From IMG/VR virus record IMGVR_UViG_2861048470_000002: DNA of 54,063 nucleotides; one strand, 5' to 3'. A program made the translations under genes and the position numbers. The notes beneath the pieces are model-generated. The model did no database searches. It was not told the origin of the DNA and worked only from the letters and a program-made list of their open reading frames with translations. Shown here one piece after another: positions 34,766 through 45,219 of the stretch; the first letter of the stretch is position 1; every line of letters begins with the position of its first letter. This DNA is from a virus. Its lineage: Duplodnaviria; Heunggongvirae; Uroviricota; Caudoviricetes.

Positions 34766-36065
34766 TCTCCCGCATATTGCCAGCATGGCCTTTAATGAGC
34801 CGCTGATGCTTGAACCCGCCTATGCGCGGGTTTTCTTTTGTGCGCTTGCAGGCCAGCTTGGGATCAGCCGCCTGACGGATGCGGTGTCCGGCGACAGCCT
34901 GACTGCCCAGGAGGCACTCGCGACGCTGGCATTATCCGGTGATGATGACGGACCACGACAGGCCCGCAGTTATCAGGTCATGAACGGCATCGCCGTGCTG
35001 CCGGTGTCCGGCACGCTGGTCAGCCGGACGCGGGCGCTGCAGCCGTACTCGGGGATGACCGGTTACAACGGCATTATCGCCCGTCTGCAACAGGCTGCCA
35101 GCGACCCGATGGTGGACGGCATTCTGCTCGATATGGACACGCCAGGCGGAATGGTGGCGGGGGCATTTGACTGCGCTGACATCATCGCCCGTGTGCGAGA
35201 CATAAAACCGGTATGGGCGCTGGCCAACGACATGAACTGCAGTGCAGGTCAGCTGCTTGCCAGTGCCGCCTCCCGGCGTCTGGTCACGCAGACCGCCCGG
35301 ACAGGCTCCATCGGCGTCATGATGGCTCACAGTAATTACGGTGCTGCCCTGGAGAAACAGGGTGTGGAAATCACGCTGATTTACAGCGGCAGCCATAAGG
35401 TGGATGGCAATCCCTACAGCCATCTTCCGGATGACGTCCGGGAGACACTGCAGTCCCGGATGGACGCAACCCGCCAGATGTTTGCGCAGAAGGTGTCGGC
35501 ATATACCGGCCTGTCTGTGCAGGCTGTGCTGGATACCGAGGCTGCAGTGTACAGCGGTCAGGAGGCCATTGATGCCGGACTGGCTGATGAACTTGTTAAC
35601 AGCACCGATGCGATCACCGTCATGCGTGATGCACTGGATGCGCGTAAATCCCGTCTCTCAGGAGGGCGAATGACCAAAGAGACTCAATCAACAACTGTTT
35701 CAGCCACTGCTTCGCAGACTGACGTTACTGACGTGGTGCCAGCGACGGAGGGCGAAAACGCCAGCGCGGCGCAGCCGGACGTGAACGCGCAGATCACCGC
35801 TGCGGTTGCGGCAGAAAACAGCCGCATTATGGGGATCCTCAACTGTGAGGAGGCTCACGGACGCGAAGAACAGGCCCGCGTGCTGGCAGAAACCCCCGGT
35901 ATGACCGTGGAAACGGCCCGCCGCATTCTGGCAGCTGCACCACAGAGTGCACAGGCGCGCAGTGACACTGCGCTGGATCGTCTGATGCAGGGGGCACCGG
36001 CACCGCTGGCTACAGGTAACCCGGCATCTGATGCCGTTAACGATTTGCTGAACACACCAGTGTAA
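34746..36065 (+). CDS. C: Capsid protease/scaffold C (with in-frame Nu3), 439 aa, GTG start
   Basis: VTAELRNLPHIASMAFNEPLMLEPAYARVFFCALAGQLGIS matches lambda C; 1320 nt as in lambda; the in-frame ATG at 34599 is upstream, inside B. Confidence 0.85.
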
Positions 36066-36074
36066 GGGATGTTT

Positions 36075-36407
36075 ATGACGAGCAAAGAAACCTTTACCCA
36101 TTACCAGCCGCTGGGCAACAGTGACCCGGCACATACGGCAACCGCGCCCGGCGGATTGAGTGCGAAAGCGCCTGCAATGACCCCGCTGATGCTGGACACC
36201 TCCACCCGTAAGCTGGTTGCGTGGGATGGCACCACCGACGGTACTGCCGTTGGCATTCTGGCGGTTGATGCTGACCAGACCAGCACCACGCTGACGTTCT
36301 ACAAGTCCGGCACGTTCCGTTATGAGGATGTGCTCTGGCCGGAGGCTGCCAGCGACGAGACGAAAAAACGGACCGCGTTTGCCGGAACGGCAATCAGCAT
36401 CGTTTAA
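36075..36407 (+). CDS. D: Capsid decoration protein D, 110 aa
   Basis: [43 protein letters not shown] is lambda D. Confidence 0.95.
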   Translation: MTSKETFTHYQPLGNSDPAHTATAPGGLSAKAPAMTPLMLDTSTRKLVAWDGTTDGTAVGILAVDADQTSTTLTFYKSGTFRYEDVLWPEAASDETKKRTAFAGTAISIV

Positions 36408-36428
36408 CCTTACCCTTCATCACTAAAG

Positions 36429-36449
36429 GCCGCCTGTGCGGCTTTTTTT
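36429..36449 (+). terminator. Hairpin GCCGC CTGT GCGGC plus T-run between D and E
   Basis: Perfect stem and T7 run. Confidence 0.5.
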
Positions 36450-36462
36450 ACGGGATTTTTTT

Positions 36463-37488
36463 ATGTCGATGTACACAACCGCCCAGCTGCTGGCGGCAAA
36501 TGAGAAGAAATTTAAGTTTGATCCGCTGTTTCTGCGTCTCTTTTTCCGTGAGAGCTATCCCTTCACCACGGAGAAAGTCTATCTCTCACAAATTCCGGGA
36601 CTGGTAAACATGGCGCTGTACGTTTCGCCGATTGTTTCCGGTGAGGTTATCCGCTCCCGTGGCGGCTCCACCTCTGAATTTACACCGGGATATGTCAAGC
36701 CGAAGCATGAGGTGAATCCGCAGATGACCCTGCGTCGCCTGCCGGATGAAGATCCGCAGAATCTGGCGGACCCGGCTTACCGCCGCCGTCGCATCATCAT
36801 GCAGAACATGCGAGACGAAGAGCTGGCCATTGCTCAGGTCGAAGAGATGCAGGCAGTTTCTGCTGTGCTTAAGGGCAAATACACCATGACCGGTGAAGCC
36901 TTCGATCCGGTTGAGGTGGATATGGGCCGCAGTGCGGCGAACAACATCACACAGTCCGGTGGTACGGAGTGGAGCAAGCGTGACAAGTCCACGTATGACC
37001 CGACCGACGATATCGAAGCCTATGCGCTGAACGCCAGCGGAGTGGTGAATATCATCGTGTTTGATCCGAAAGGCTGGGCGCTGTTCCGTTCCTTCAAAGC
37101 CGTCAAGGAGAAGCTGGATACCCGTCGCGGCTCTAATTCCGAGCTGGAGACAGCGGTAAAAGACCTGGGCGAAGCGGTGTCCTATAAGGGGATGTATGGC
37201 GATACGGCGATCGTCGTGTATTCCGGACAGTACGTGGAAAACGACGTCAAAAAGAACTTCCTTCCGGACAACACGATGGTGCTGGGGAACACTCAGGCAC
37301 GCGGTCTGCGCACCTATGGCTGCATTCAGGATGCGGACGCACAGCGCGAAGGTATTAACGCCTCTGCCCGCTACCCGAAAAACTGGGTGACCACCGGCGA
37401 TCCGGCGCGTGAGTTCACCATGATTCAGTCAGCACCGCTGATGCTGCTGGCTGACCCTGATGCGTTCGTGTCCGTACAACTGGCGTAA
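36463..37488 (+). CDS. E: Major capsid protein E, 341 aa
   Basis: MSMYTTAQLLAANEKKFKFDPLFLRLFFRESYPFTTEKVYLSQIPGLVNMALYVSPIVSGEV is lambda E. Confidence 0.97.
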   Translation: MSMYTTAQLLAANEKKFKFDPLFLRLFFRESYPFTTEKVYLSQIPGLVNMALYVSPIVSGEVIRSRGGSTSEFTPGYVKPKHEVNPQMTLRRLPDEDPQNLADPAYRRRRIIMQNMRDEELAIAQVEEMQAVSAVLKGKYTMTGEAFDPVEVDMGRSAANNITQSGGTEWSKRDKSTYDPTDDIEAYALNASGVVNIIVFDPKGWALFRSFKAVKEKLDTRRGSNSELETAVKDLGEAVSYKGMYGDTAIVVYSGQYVENDVKKNFLPDNTMVLGNTQARGLRTYGCIQDADAQREGINASARYPKNWVTTGDPAREFTMIQSAPLMLLADPDAFVSVQLA

Positions 37489-37529
37489 TCATGGCCCTTC
37501 GGGGCCATTTTCTCTCTGTGGAGGAGTCT

Positions 37530-37925
37530 ATGACGAAAGATGAACTGATTGCCCGTCTTCAGGTGCTGGGTGAGCAACTGAACCGTGATGTCAGCCTGAC
37601 GGGGACGAAAGAAGAACTGGTGCTCCGTGTGGCAGAGCTGGAAGAGGAGCTTGATGACACGGATGACGCTGCCGGTCAGGACACATCTGTCAGCCCGGAA
37701 AATGCGCTGACCGGACATGAAAATGAGGTGGTATCAGCGCAGCCGGATACCGTGATTGATACGGCTGCTCTGGTCACGGTCGTGGCACTGGTGACGCTGC
37801 ATACTGATGCACTTCACGCCACGCGGGATGAGCCTGTGGCATTTGTGCTGCCGGGAACGGCGTTTCGTGTCTCTGCCGGTGTGGCAGCCGAAATGACAGA
37901 ACATGGCCTGGCCAGAATGCAATAA
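37530..37925 (+). CDS. FI: DNA-packaging protein FI, 131 aa
   Basis: MTKDELIARLQVLGEQLNRDVSLTGTKEELVLRVAELEEELDDTDD matches lambda FI. Confidence 0.92.
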   Translation: MTKDELIARLQVLGEQLNRDVSLTGTKEELVLRVAELEEELDDTDDAAGQDTSVSPENALTGHENEVVSAQPDTVIDTAALVTVVALVTLHTDALHATRDEPVAFVLPGTAFRVSAGVAAEMTEHGLARMQ

Positions 37926-37936
37926 CGGGAGGCGCT

Positions 37937-38290
37937 GTGGCTGATTCCGATAACCTGTTCGATGCTGCCATTGCCCGCGCCGATGAAACGATACGCGGGT
38001 ACATGGGAACGTCAGCCACCATGACATCCGGTGAGCTGTCCGGTGCTGTGATACGTGGTGTTTTTGATGACCCTGAAAATATCAGCTATGCCGGACAGGG
38101 GGTGCGCGTTGAAGGCTCCAGCCCGTCCCTGTTTGTCCGGACTGATGATGTGCGGCAGCTGCGGCGTGGAGACACACTGACCATCGGCGAGGAAAACTTC
38201 TGGGTGGACCGGATTTCGCCGGATGATGGCGGAAGCTGTCATCTCTGGCTTGGGCGTGGCGTGCCGCCTGCCGTTAACCGTCGCCGCTGA
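37937..38290 (+). CDS. FII: Head-tail joining protein FII, 117 aa
   Basis: MADSDNLFDAAIARADETIRGYMGTSATMTSGELSGAVIRGVFDDPENISYAGQGVRVEG matches lambda FII. Confidence 0.95.
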   Translation: MADSDNLFDAAIARADETIRGYMGTSATMTSGELSGAVIRGVFDDPENISYAGQGVRVEGSSPSLFVRTDDVRQLRRGDTLTIGEENFWVDRISPDDGGSCHLWLGRGVPPAVNRRR

Positions 38291-38301
38291 AAGGGGGATG
38301 T

Positions 38302-38880
38302 ATGGCCATAAAAGGTCTTGAGCAGGCCGTTGAAAACCTCAGCCGTATCAGCAAAACGGCGGTGCCTGGTGCCGCCGCAATGACCATTAACCGCGTTGCG
38401 TCATCCGCGATATCGCAGTCTGCGTCACAGGTTGCCCGTGAGACAAAGGTACGCCGGAAACTGGTAAAGGAAAGGGCCAGGCTGAAAAGGGCCACGGTCA
38501 AAAATCCGCAGGCCAGAATCAGGGTTAACCGGGGGGATTTGCCCGTAATCAAGCTGGGTAACGCGCGGGTTGTCCTTTCCCGCCGCAGACGTCGTAAAAA
38601 GGGGCAGCGTTCATCCCTGAAAGGTGGCGGCAGCGTGCTTGTGGTGGGAAACCGTCGTATTCCCGGCGCGTTTATTCAGCAACTGAAAAATGGCCGGTGG
38701 CATGTCATGCAGCGTGTGGCCGGGAAAAACCGTTACCCCATTGATGTGGTGAAAATCCCGATGGCGGTGCCGCTTACCACGGCGTTTAAACAGAATATTG
38801 AACGGATACGGCGTGAATGTCTTCCGAAAGAGCTGGGCTATGCGCTGCAGCATCAACTGAGAATGGTAATAAAGCGATGA
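38302..38880 (+). CDS. Z: Tail completion protein Z, 192 aa
   Basis: Lambda gene order and size; MAIKGLEQAVENLSRISKTAVPGAAAMTINRVASSAISQSASQVARE. Confidence 0.93.
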   Translation: MAIKGLEQAVENLSRISKTAVPGAAAMTINRVASSAISQSASQVARETKVRRKLVKERARLKRATVKNPQARIRVNRGDLPVIKLGNARVVLSRRRRRKKGQRSSLKGGGSVLVVGNRRIPGAFIQQLKNGRWHVMQRVAGKNRYPIDVVKIPMAVPLTTAFKQNIERIRRECLPKELGYALQHQLRMVIKR

Positions 38881-39272
38881 AACATACTGAACTCCGTGCA
38901 GCCGTACTGGATGCACTGGAGAAGCATGACACCGGGGCGACGCTTTTTGATGGTCGCCCCGCTGTTTTTGATGAGGCGGATTTTCCGGCAATTGCCGTTT
39001 ATCTCACCGGCGCTGAATACACGGGCGAAGAGCTGGACAGTGATACCTGGCAGGCGGAGCTGCATATTGAAGTTTTCCTGCCTGCTCAGGTGCCGGATTC
39101 AGAGCTGGATTCGTGGATGGAGTCCCGGATTTATCCGGTGATGAGCGATGTCCCGGCACTGTCAGATTTGATCACCAGTATGGTGGCCAGTGGCTATGAC
39201 TACCGGCGCGACGATGATGCGGGCCTGTGGAGTTCAGCCGATCTGACTTATGTCATTACCTATGAAATGTGA
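38877..39272 (+). CDS. U: Tail terminator U, 131 aa
   Basis: [67 protein letters not shown] matches lambda U; ATGA overlap with Z. Confidence 0.95.
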   Translation: MKHTELRAAVLDALEKHDTGATLFDGRPAVFDEADFPAIAVYLTGAEYTGEELDSDTWQAELHIEVFLPAQVPDSELDSWMESRIYPVMSDVPALSDLITSMVASGYDYRRDDDAGLWSSADLTYVITYEM

Positions 39273-39279
39273 GGACGAT

Positions 39280-40020
39280 ATGCCTGTACCAAATCCAGTA
39301 ATGCCGGTGAAAGGGGCCGGGACCACACTGTGGGTTTATAAGGGGAACGGTGACCCTTATGCGAACCCGCTTTCAGACGTTGACTGGTCGCGTCTGGCTA
39401 AAGTTAAAGACCTGACGCCCGGCGAACTGACCGCTGAGTCCTATGACGACAGCTATCTCGATGATGAAGATGCGGACTGGACTGCGACCGGGCAGGGGCA
39501 GAAATCTGCCGGAGATACCAGCTTCACGCTGGCGTGGATGCCCGGAGAGCAGGGGCAGCAGGCGCTGCTGGCGTGGTTTAATGAAGGGGATACCCGTGCC
39601 TATAAAATCCGCTTCCCGAACGGCACGGTCGATGTGTTCCGCGGCTGGGTCAGCAGTATCGGTAAGGCGGTGACGGCGAAGGAAGTGATCACCCGCACGG
39701 TGAAAGTCACCAACGTGGGACGTCCGTCGATGGCAGAAGATCGCAGCACGGTAACAGCGGCAACCGGCATGACCGTGACGCCTGCCAGCACTTCGGTGGT
39801 GAAAGGGCAGAGCACCACGCTGACCGTGGCATTCCAGCCGGAAGGCGCAACCGACAAGAGCTTCCGTGCGGTGTCTGCGGATAAAACAAAAGTCACCGTG
39901 TCGGTCAGTGGTATGACCATCACCGTGAAAGGTGTTGCTGCAGGCAAGGTCAACATTCCGGTTGTATCCGGTAATGGTGAACTTGCTGTGGTTGCAGAAA
40001 TCACCGTCACCGACAGTTAA
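39280..40020 (+). CDS. V: Major tail protein V, 246 aa
   Basis: [67 protein letters not shown] matches lambda V. Confidence 0.95.
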   Translation: MPVPNPVMPVKGAGTTLWVYKGNGDPYANPLSDVDWSRLAKVKDLTPGELTAESYDDSYLDDEDADWTATGQGQKSAGDTSFTLAWMPGEQGQQALLAWFNEGDTRAYKIRFPNGTVDVFRGWVSSIGKAVTAKEVITRTVKVTNVGRPSMAEDRSTVTAATGMTVTPASTSVVKGQSTTLTVAFQPEGATDKSFRAVSADKTKVTVSVSGMTITVKGVAAGKVNIPVVSGNGELAVVAEITVTDS

Positions 40021-40035
40021 TCCGGAGAGTCAGCG

Positions 40036-40458
40036 ATGTTCCTGAAAACCGAATCATTTGAATATAACGGTGTGAGCGTCACGCTTTCTGAACTGTCAGC
40101 CCTGCAGCGAATTGAGCATCTCGCCCTGCTGAAACGACAGGCAGAACAGGCGGGATCCAGTCTCAATCGACAGGTGAGCGTGGAAGATCTCGTCAGAACC
40201 GGTGCTTTTCTGGTGGCGATGTCCCTGTGGCATAGCCATCCGCAGAAGACAAAGATGCCGTCCATGAATGAAGCCGTTAAACAAATTGAGCAGGAAGTGC
40301 TTACCACCTGGCCCACAGAGGCAATTGCTCAGGCTGAAAATGTGGTAATGCGTCTGTCCGGTATGTCTGAGTTTGTTGTGAATGATGCACCTGAACAGGC
40401 AGATGACGCCGGGCCAGCAGAGCCTGTTTCTGCGGGAAAGTGTTCGACGGTGAGCTGA
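40036..40458 (+). CDS. G: Tail assembly chaperone G, 140 aa
   Basis: MFLKTESFEYNGVSVTLSELSALQRIEHLALLKRQAEQAGSSLNRQV matches lambda G. Confidence 0.95.
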   Translation: MFLKTESFEYNGVSVTLSELSALQRIEHLALLKRQAEQAGSSLNRQVSVEDLVRTGAFLVAMSLWHSHPQKTKMPSMNEAVKQIEQEVLTTWPTEAIAQAENVVMRLSGMSEFVVNDAPEQADDAGPAEPVSAGKCSTVS

Positions 40459-40874
40459 GTTTTGCCCTGAAACTGGCGCGTGAGATGGGGCGACCCGACT
40501 GGCGCGCCATGCTTGCCGGGATGTCATCCACGGAGTATGCCGACTGGCACCGCTTTTACAGTACCCATTATTTTCATGATGTTCTGCTGGATATGCACTT
40601 TTCCGGGCTGACGTACACCGTACTCAGCCTGTTTTTCAGCGATCCGGATATGCATCCGCTGGATTTCAGTCTGCTGAACCGGCGCGAGGCTGACGAAGAG
40701 CCTGAAGATGATGTGCTGATGCAGAAAGCGGCAGGGCTTGCCGGAGGCGTCCGCTTTGGCCCGGACGGGAATGAAGTTATCCCCGCTTCCCCGGATGTGG
40801 CGGACATGACGGAGGATGACGTAATGCTGATGACAGTATCAGAAGGGATCGCAGGAGGAGTCCGGTATGGCTGA
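40440..40874 (+). CDS. T: Tail assembly protein T, made as a G-T fusion by -1 programmed frameshift at GGGAAAG (40434-40440)
   Basis: Slippery heptamer G GGA AAG near the G 3-prime end; the -1 frame continues as lambda T (ELSFALKLAREMGRPDWRAMLAGMSSTEYADWHRFYSTHYF). Confidence 0.9.
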   Translation: MFDGELSFALKLAREMGRPDWRAMLAGMSSTEYADWHRFYSTHYFHDVLLDMHFSGLTYTVLSLFFSDPDMHPLDFSLLNRREADEEPEDDVLMQKAAGLAGGVRFGPDGNEVIPASPDVADMTEDDVMLMTVSEGIAGGVRYG

Positions 40875-43446
40875 ACCGGTAGGCGATCTGGTCGTTGATT
40901 TGAGTCTGGATGCGGCCAGATTTGACGAGCAGATGGCCAGAGTCAGGCGTCATTTTTCCGATACGGAAAGTGATGCGAAAAAAACAGCGGCAGTCGTTGA
41001 ACAGTCAATGAACCGGCAGGCGCTGGCTGCACAGAAAGCGGGGATTTCCGTCGGACAGTATAAAGCCGCCATGCGTATGCTGCCTGCACAGTTCACCGAC
41101 GTGGCCACGCAGCTTGCAGGCGGGCAAAGTCCGTGGCTGATCCTGCTGCAACAGGGGGGTCAGGTTAAGGACTCCTTCGGCGGGATGATCCCCATGTTCA
41201 GGGGGCTTGCCGGTGCGATCACCCTGCCGATGGTGGGGGCCACCTCGCTGGCGGTGGCGACCGGTGCGCTGGCGTATGCCTGGTATCAGGGCAACTCAAC
41301 CCTGTCCGATTTCAACAAAACGCTGGTCCTTTCCGGCAATCAGGCGGGACTGACGGCAGATCGTATGCTGGTCCTGTCCAGAGCCGGGCAGGCGGCAGGG
41401 CTGACGTTTAACCAGACCAGCGAGTCACTGACGGCGCTGGTGAATGCCGGTGTGCGTGGTGGTGAGCAGTTTGAGGCGATCAGCCAGAGTGTGGCGCGTT
41501 TCTCCTCTGCATCCGGCGTGGAGGTGGACAAGGTCGCTGAAGCCTTCGGGAAGCTGACCACAGACCCGACGTCGGGACTGACAGCGATGGCACGTCAGTT
41601 CCATAACGTGACGGCGGAGCAGATTGCGTATGTTGCTCAGTTGCAGCGTTCCGGAGATGAAGCCGGGGCATTGCAGGCGGCGAACGAGGCCGCAACGAAA
41701 GGGTTTGATGACCAGACCCGCCGCCTGAAAGAGAACATGGGCACGCTGGAGACCTGGGCAGACAGGACAGCACGGGCATTCAAATCCATGTGGGATTCGG
41801 TGCTGGATATTGGTCGCCCGGACACTGCCCAGGGAATGCTGGAGAAAGCAGAAAAGGCTTTTGATGAGGCGGACAAAAAATGGCAGTGGTATCAGAGCCG
41901 GAGCCACCGGCGCGGTAAAACCTCAGCATTTCGTGCCAATCTCCGGGGAGCATGGGAGGACAGAGCGAATGCGCAACTTGGACTTTCAGCCGCCACGTTG
42001 CAGGCCGATCTTGAAAAGGCCAGAGAGATGGCAGCAAAGGACTGGGCCGAGTCTGAGGCATCACGGCTGAAATATACCGAAGAGGCGCAGAAGGCTTACG
42101 AACGGCTGCAGACGCCGCTGGAGAAATATACCGCCCGTCAGGAAGAACTGAACAAGGCACTGAAAGACGGGAAAATCCTGCAGGCGGATTACAACACGCT
42201 GATGGCGGCGGCGAAAAAGGATTATGAAGCGACGCTGAAAAAGCCGAAACAGTCCGGCGTGAAGGTGTCTGCGGGCGATCGTCAGGAAGACAGTGCTCAT
42301 GCTGCCCTGCTGACGCTTCAGGCAGAACTCCGGACGCTGGAGAAGCATGCCGGAGCAAATGAGAAAATCAGCCAGCAGCGCCGGGATTTGTGGAAGGCGG
42401 AGAGTCAGTTCGCGGTACTGGAGGAGGCGGCGCAACGTCGCCAGCTGTCTGCACAGGAGAAATCCCTGCTGGCGCATAAAGATGAGACGCTGGAGTACAA
42501 ACGCCAGCTGGCTGCACTTGGCGACAAGGTTACGTATCAGGAGCGCCTGAACGCGCTGGCGCAGCAGGCGGATAAATTCGCACAGCAGCAACGGGCAAAA
42601 CGGGCCGCCATTGATGCGAAAAGCCGGGGGCTGACTGACCGGCAGGCAGAACGGGAAGCCACGGAACAGCGCCTGAAGGAACAGTATGGCGATAATCCGC
42701 TGGCGCTGAATAACGTCATGTCAGAGCAGAAAAAGACCTGGGCGGCTGAAGACCAGCTTCGCGGGAACTGGATGGCAGGCCTGAAGTCCGGCTGGAGTGA
42801 GTGGGAAGAGAGCGCCACGGACAGTATGTCGCAGGTAAAAAGTGCAGCCACGCAGACCTTTGATGGTATTGCACAGAATATGGCGGCGATGCTGACCGGC
42901 AGTGAGCAGAACTGGCGCAGCTTCACCCGTTCCGTGCTGTCCATGATGACAGAAATTCTGCTTAAGCAGGCAATGGTGGGGATTGTCGGGAGTATCGGCA
43001 GCGCCATTGGCGGAGCTGTTGGTGGCGGCGCATCCGCGTCAGGCGGTACAGCCATTCAGGCCGCTGCGGCGAAATTCCATTTTGCAACCGGAGGATTTAC
43101 GGGAACCGGCGGCAAATATGAGCCAGCGGGGATTGTTCACCGTGGTGAGTTTGTCTTCACGAAGGAGGCAACCAGCCGGATTGGCGTGGGGAATCTTTAC
43201 CGGCTGATGCGCGGCTATGCCACCGGCGGTTATGTCGGTACACCGGGCGGCATGGCAGACAGCCGGTCGCAGGCGTCCGGGACGTTTGAGCAGAATAACC
43301 ATGTGGTGATTAACAACGACGGCACGAACGGGCAGATAGGTCCGGCTGCTCTGAAGGCGGTGTATGACATGGCCCGCAAGGGTGCCCGTGATGAAATTCA
43401 GACACAGATGCGTGATGGTGGCCTGTTCTCCGGAGGTGGACGATGA
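40867..43446 (+). CDS. H: Tail tape-measure protein H, 859 aa
   Basis: MAEPVGDLVVDLSLDAARFDEQMARVRRHF matches lambda H; long alpha-helical protein. Confidence 0.96.
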   Translation: MAEPVGDLVVDLSLDAARFDEQMARVRRHFSDTESDAKKTAAVVEQSMNRQALAAQKAGISVGQYKAAMRMLPAQFTDVATQLAGGQSPWLILLQQGGQVKDSFGGMIPMFRGLAGAITLPMVGATSLAVATGALAYAWYQGNSTLSDFNKTLVLSGNQAGLTADRMLVLSRAGQAAGLTFNQTSESLTALVNAGVRGGEQFEAISQSVARFSSASGVEVDKVAEAFGKLTTDPTSGLTAMARQFHNVTAEQIAYVAQLQRSGDEAGALQAANEAATKGFDDQTRRLKENMGTLETWADRTARAFKSMWDSVLDIGRPDTAQGMLEKAEKAFDEADKKWQWYQSRSHRRGKTSAFRANLRGAWEDRANAQLGLSAATLQADLEKAREMAAKDWAESEASRLKYTEEAQKAYERLQTPLEKYTARQEELNKALKDGKILQADYNTLMAAAKKDYEATLKKPKQSGVKVSAGDRQEDSAHAALLTLQAELRTLEKHAGANEKISQQRRDLWKAESQFAVLEEAAQRRQLSAQEKSLLAHKDETLEYKRQLAALGDKVTYQERLNALAQQADKFAQQQRAKRAAIDAKSRGLTDRQAEREATEQRLKEQYGDNPLALNNVMSEQKKTWAAEDQLRGNWMAGLKSGWSEWEESATDSMSQVKSAATQTFDGIAQNMAAMLTGSEQNWRSFTRSVLSMMTEILLKQAMVGIVGSIGSAIGGAVGGGASASGGTAIQAAAAKFHFATGGFTGTGGKYEPAGIVHRGEFVFTKEATSRIGVGNLYRLMRGYATGGYVGTPGGMADSRSQASGTFEQNNHVVINNDGTNGQIGPAALKAVYDMARKGARDEIQTQMRDGGLFSGGGR

Positions 43447-43772
43447 AGACCTTCCGCTGGAAAGTGAAACCCGGTATGGATGTGGCTTCGGTCCCTTCTG
43501 TAAGAAAGGTGCGCTTTGGTGATGGCTATTCTCAGCGAGCGCCTGCCGGGCTGAATGCCAACCTGAAAACGTACAGCGTGACGCTTTCTGTCCCCCGTGA
43601 GGAGGCCACGGTACTGGAGTCGTTTCTGGAAGAGTACGGGGGCTGGAAATCCTTTCTGTGGACGCCGCCTTATGAGTGGCGGCAGATAAAGGTGACCTGC
43701 GCAAAATGGTCGTCGCGGGTCAGTATGCTGCGTGTTGAGTTCAGCGCAGAGTTTGAACAGGTGGTGAACTGA
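43443..43772 (+). CDS. M: Tail tip protein M, 109 aa
   Basis: MKTFRWKVKPGMDVASVPSVRKVRFGDGYSQRAPAGLNANLKTYSVTLSVPREEATVLESFLEE matches lambda M. Confidence 0.95.
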   Translation: MKTFRWKVKPGMDVASVPSVRKVRFGDGYSQRAPAGLNANLKTYSVTLSVPREEATVLESFLEEYGGWKSFLWTPPYEWRQIKVTCAKWSSRVSMLRVEFSAEFEQVVN

Positions 43773-44470
43773 TGCAGGATATCCGGCAGGAAACACTGAA
43801 TGAATGCACCCGTGCGGAGCAGTCGGCCAGCGTGGTGCTCTGGGAAATCGACCTGACAGAGGTCGGTGGAGAACGTTATTTTTTCTGTAATGAGCAGAAC
43901 GAAAAAGGTGAGCCGGTCACCTGGCAGGGGCGACAGTATCAGCCGTATCCCATTCAGGGGAGCGGTTTTGAACTGAATGGCAAAGGCACCAGTACGCGCC
44001 CCACGCTGACGGTTTCTAACCTGTACGGCATGATCACCGGGATGGCGGAAGATCTGCAGAGTCTGGTCGGCGGAACGGTGGTCCGGCGTAAGGTTTACGC
44101 CCGCTTTCTGGATGCGGTGAACTTCGTCAACGGAAACAGCGAAGCCGATCCGGAGCAGGAGGTGATCAGCCGCTGGCGCATCGAGCAGTGCAGCGAACTG
44201 AGCGCGGTCAGTGCCTCTTTTGTACTGTCCACGCCGACTGAAACGGATGGCGCTGTTTTTCCGGGACGTATCATGCTGGCCAACACCTGCACCTGGACCT
44301 ATCGCGGCGATGAGTGCGGTTATAGCGGTCCGGCGGTCGCGGATGAATATGACCAGCCGACGTCCGATATCACGAAGGATAAATGCAGCAAATGCCTGAG
44401 TGGCTGTAAGTTTCGCAATAATGTCGGCAACTTTGGCAGCTTCCTTTCCATTAACAAACTTTCGCAGTAA
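43772..44470 (+). CDS. L: Tail tip protein L, 232 aa
   Basis: MQDIRQETLNECTRAEQSASVVLWEIDLTEVGGERYFFCNEQNEKGEPVTWQGRQYQPYPIQGSGFELNG matches lambda L. Confidence 0.95.
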   Translation: MQDIRQETLNECTRAEQSASVVLWEIDLTEVGGERYFFCNEQNEKGEPVTWQGRQYQPYPIQGSGFELNGKGTSTRPTLTVSNLYGMITGMAEDLQSLVGGTVVRRKVYARFLDAVNFVNGNSEADPEQEVISRWRIEQCSELSAVSASFVLSTPTETDGAVFPGRIMLANTCTWTYRGDECGYSGPAVADEYDQPTSDITKDKCSKCLSGCKFRNNVGNFGSFLSINKLSQ

Positions 44471-44475
44471 ATCCC

Positions 44476-45219
44476 ATGACAGAGACAGAATCAGCGATTC
44501 TGGCGCACGCCCGGCGATGTGCGCCAGCGGAGTCGTGCGGCTTCGTGGTGAGAACGCCGGAGGAGGAAAGATATTTTCCCTGCGTGAATATCTCCGGTGA
44601 GCCGGAGGCGTATTTCCGGATGTCGCCGGAGGACTGGCTGAGTGCAGAAATGCAGGGAGAGATTGTGGCGCTGGTCCACAGCCACCCCGGTGGTCTGCCC
44701 TGGCTGAGTGAGGCCGACCGGCGGCTGCAGGTACAGAGTGATTTGCCGTGGTGGCTGGTCTGCCGGGGGGCGATTCATAAATTCCGCTGTGTGCCGCATC
44801 TCACCGGGCGGCGCTTTGAGCACGGGGTGACGGACTGTTACACGCTGTTCCGGGACGCTTACCATCTGGCGGGAATTGAGATGCCGGATTTTCATCGCGG
44901 GGATAACTGGTGGCGTCACGGTCAGAATCTCTATCTGGATAATCTGGAGGCCACAGGGCTGTATCAGGTGCCGTTGTCAGCGGCGCAGCCGGGCGATGTG
45001 CTGCTGTGCTGTTTTGGTTCATCGGTGCCGAATCATGCCGCCATTTACTGTGGTGATGGCGAGCTGCTGCACCATATTCCTGAACAACTGAGCAAACGAG
45101 AGAGGTATACCGACAAATGGCAGCGACGCACACACTCCCTCTGGCGTCACCGGGCATGGCGCGCATCTGCCTTTACGGGGATTTGCAACGATTTGGCCGC
45201 CGCATCGACCTTCGTGTGA
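44476..45219 (+). CDS. K: Tail tip assembly protein K (MPN/JAMM and NlpC/P60-like regions), 247 aa
   Basis: MTETESAILAHARRCAPAESCGFVVRTPEEERYFPCVNISG...HSHPGG...; overlaps I as in lambda. Confidence 0.93.
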   Translation: MTETESAILAHARRCAPAESCGFVVRTPEEERYFPCVNISGEPEAYFRMSPEDWLSAEMQGEIVALVHSHPGGLPWLSEADRRLQVQSDLPWWLVCRGAIHKFRCVPHLTGRRFEHGVTDCYTLFRDAYHLAGIEMPDFHRGDNWWRHGQNLYLDNLEATGLYQVPLSAAQPGDVLLCCFGSSVPNHAAIYCGDGELLHHIPEQLSKRERYTDKWQRRTHSLWRHRAWRASAFTGICNDLAAASTFV

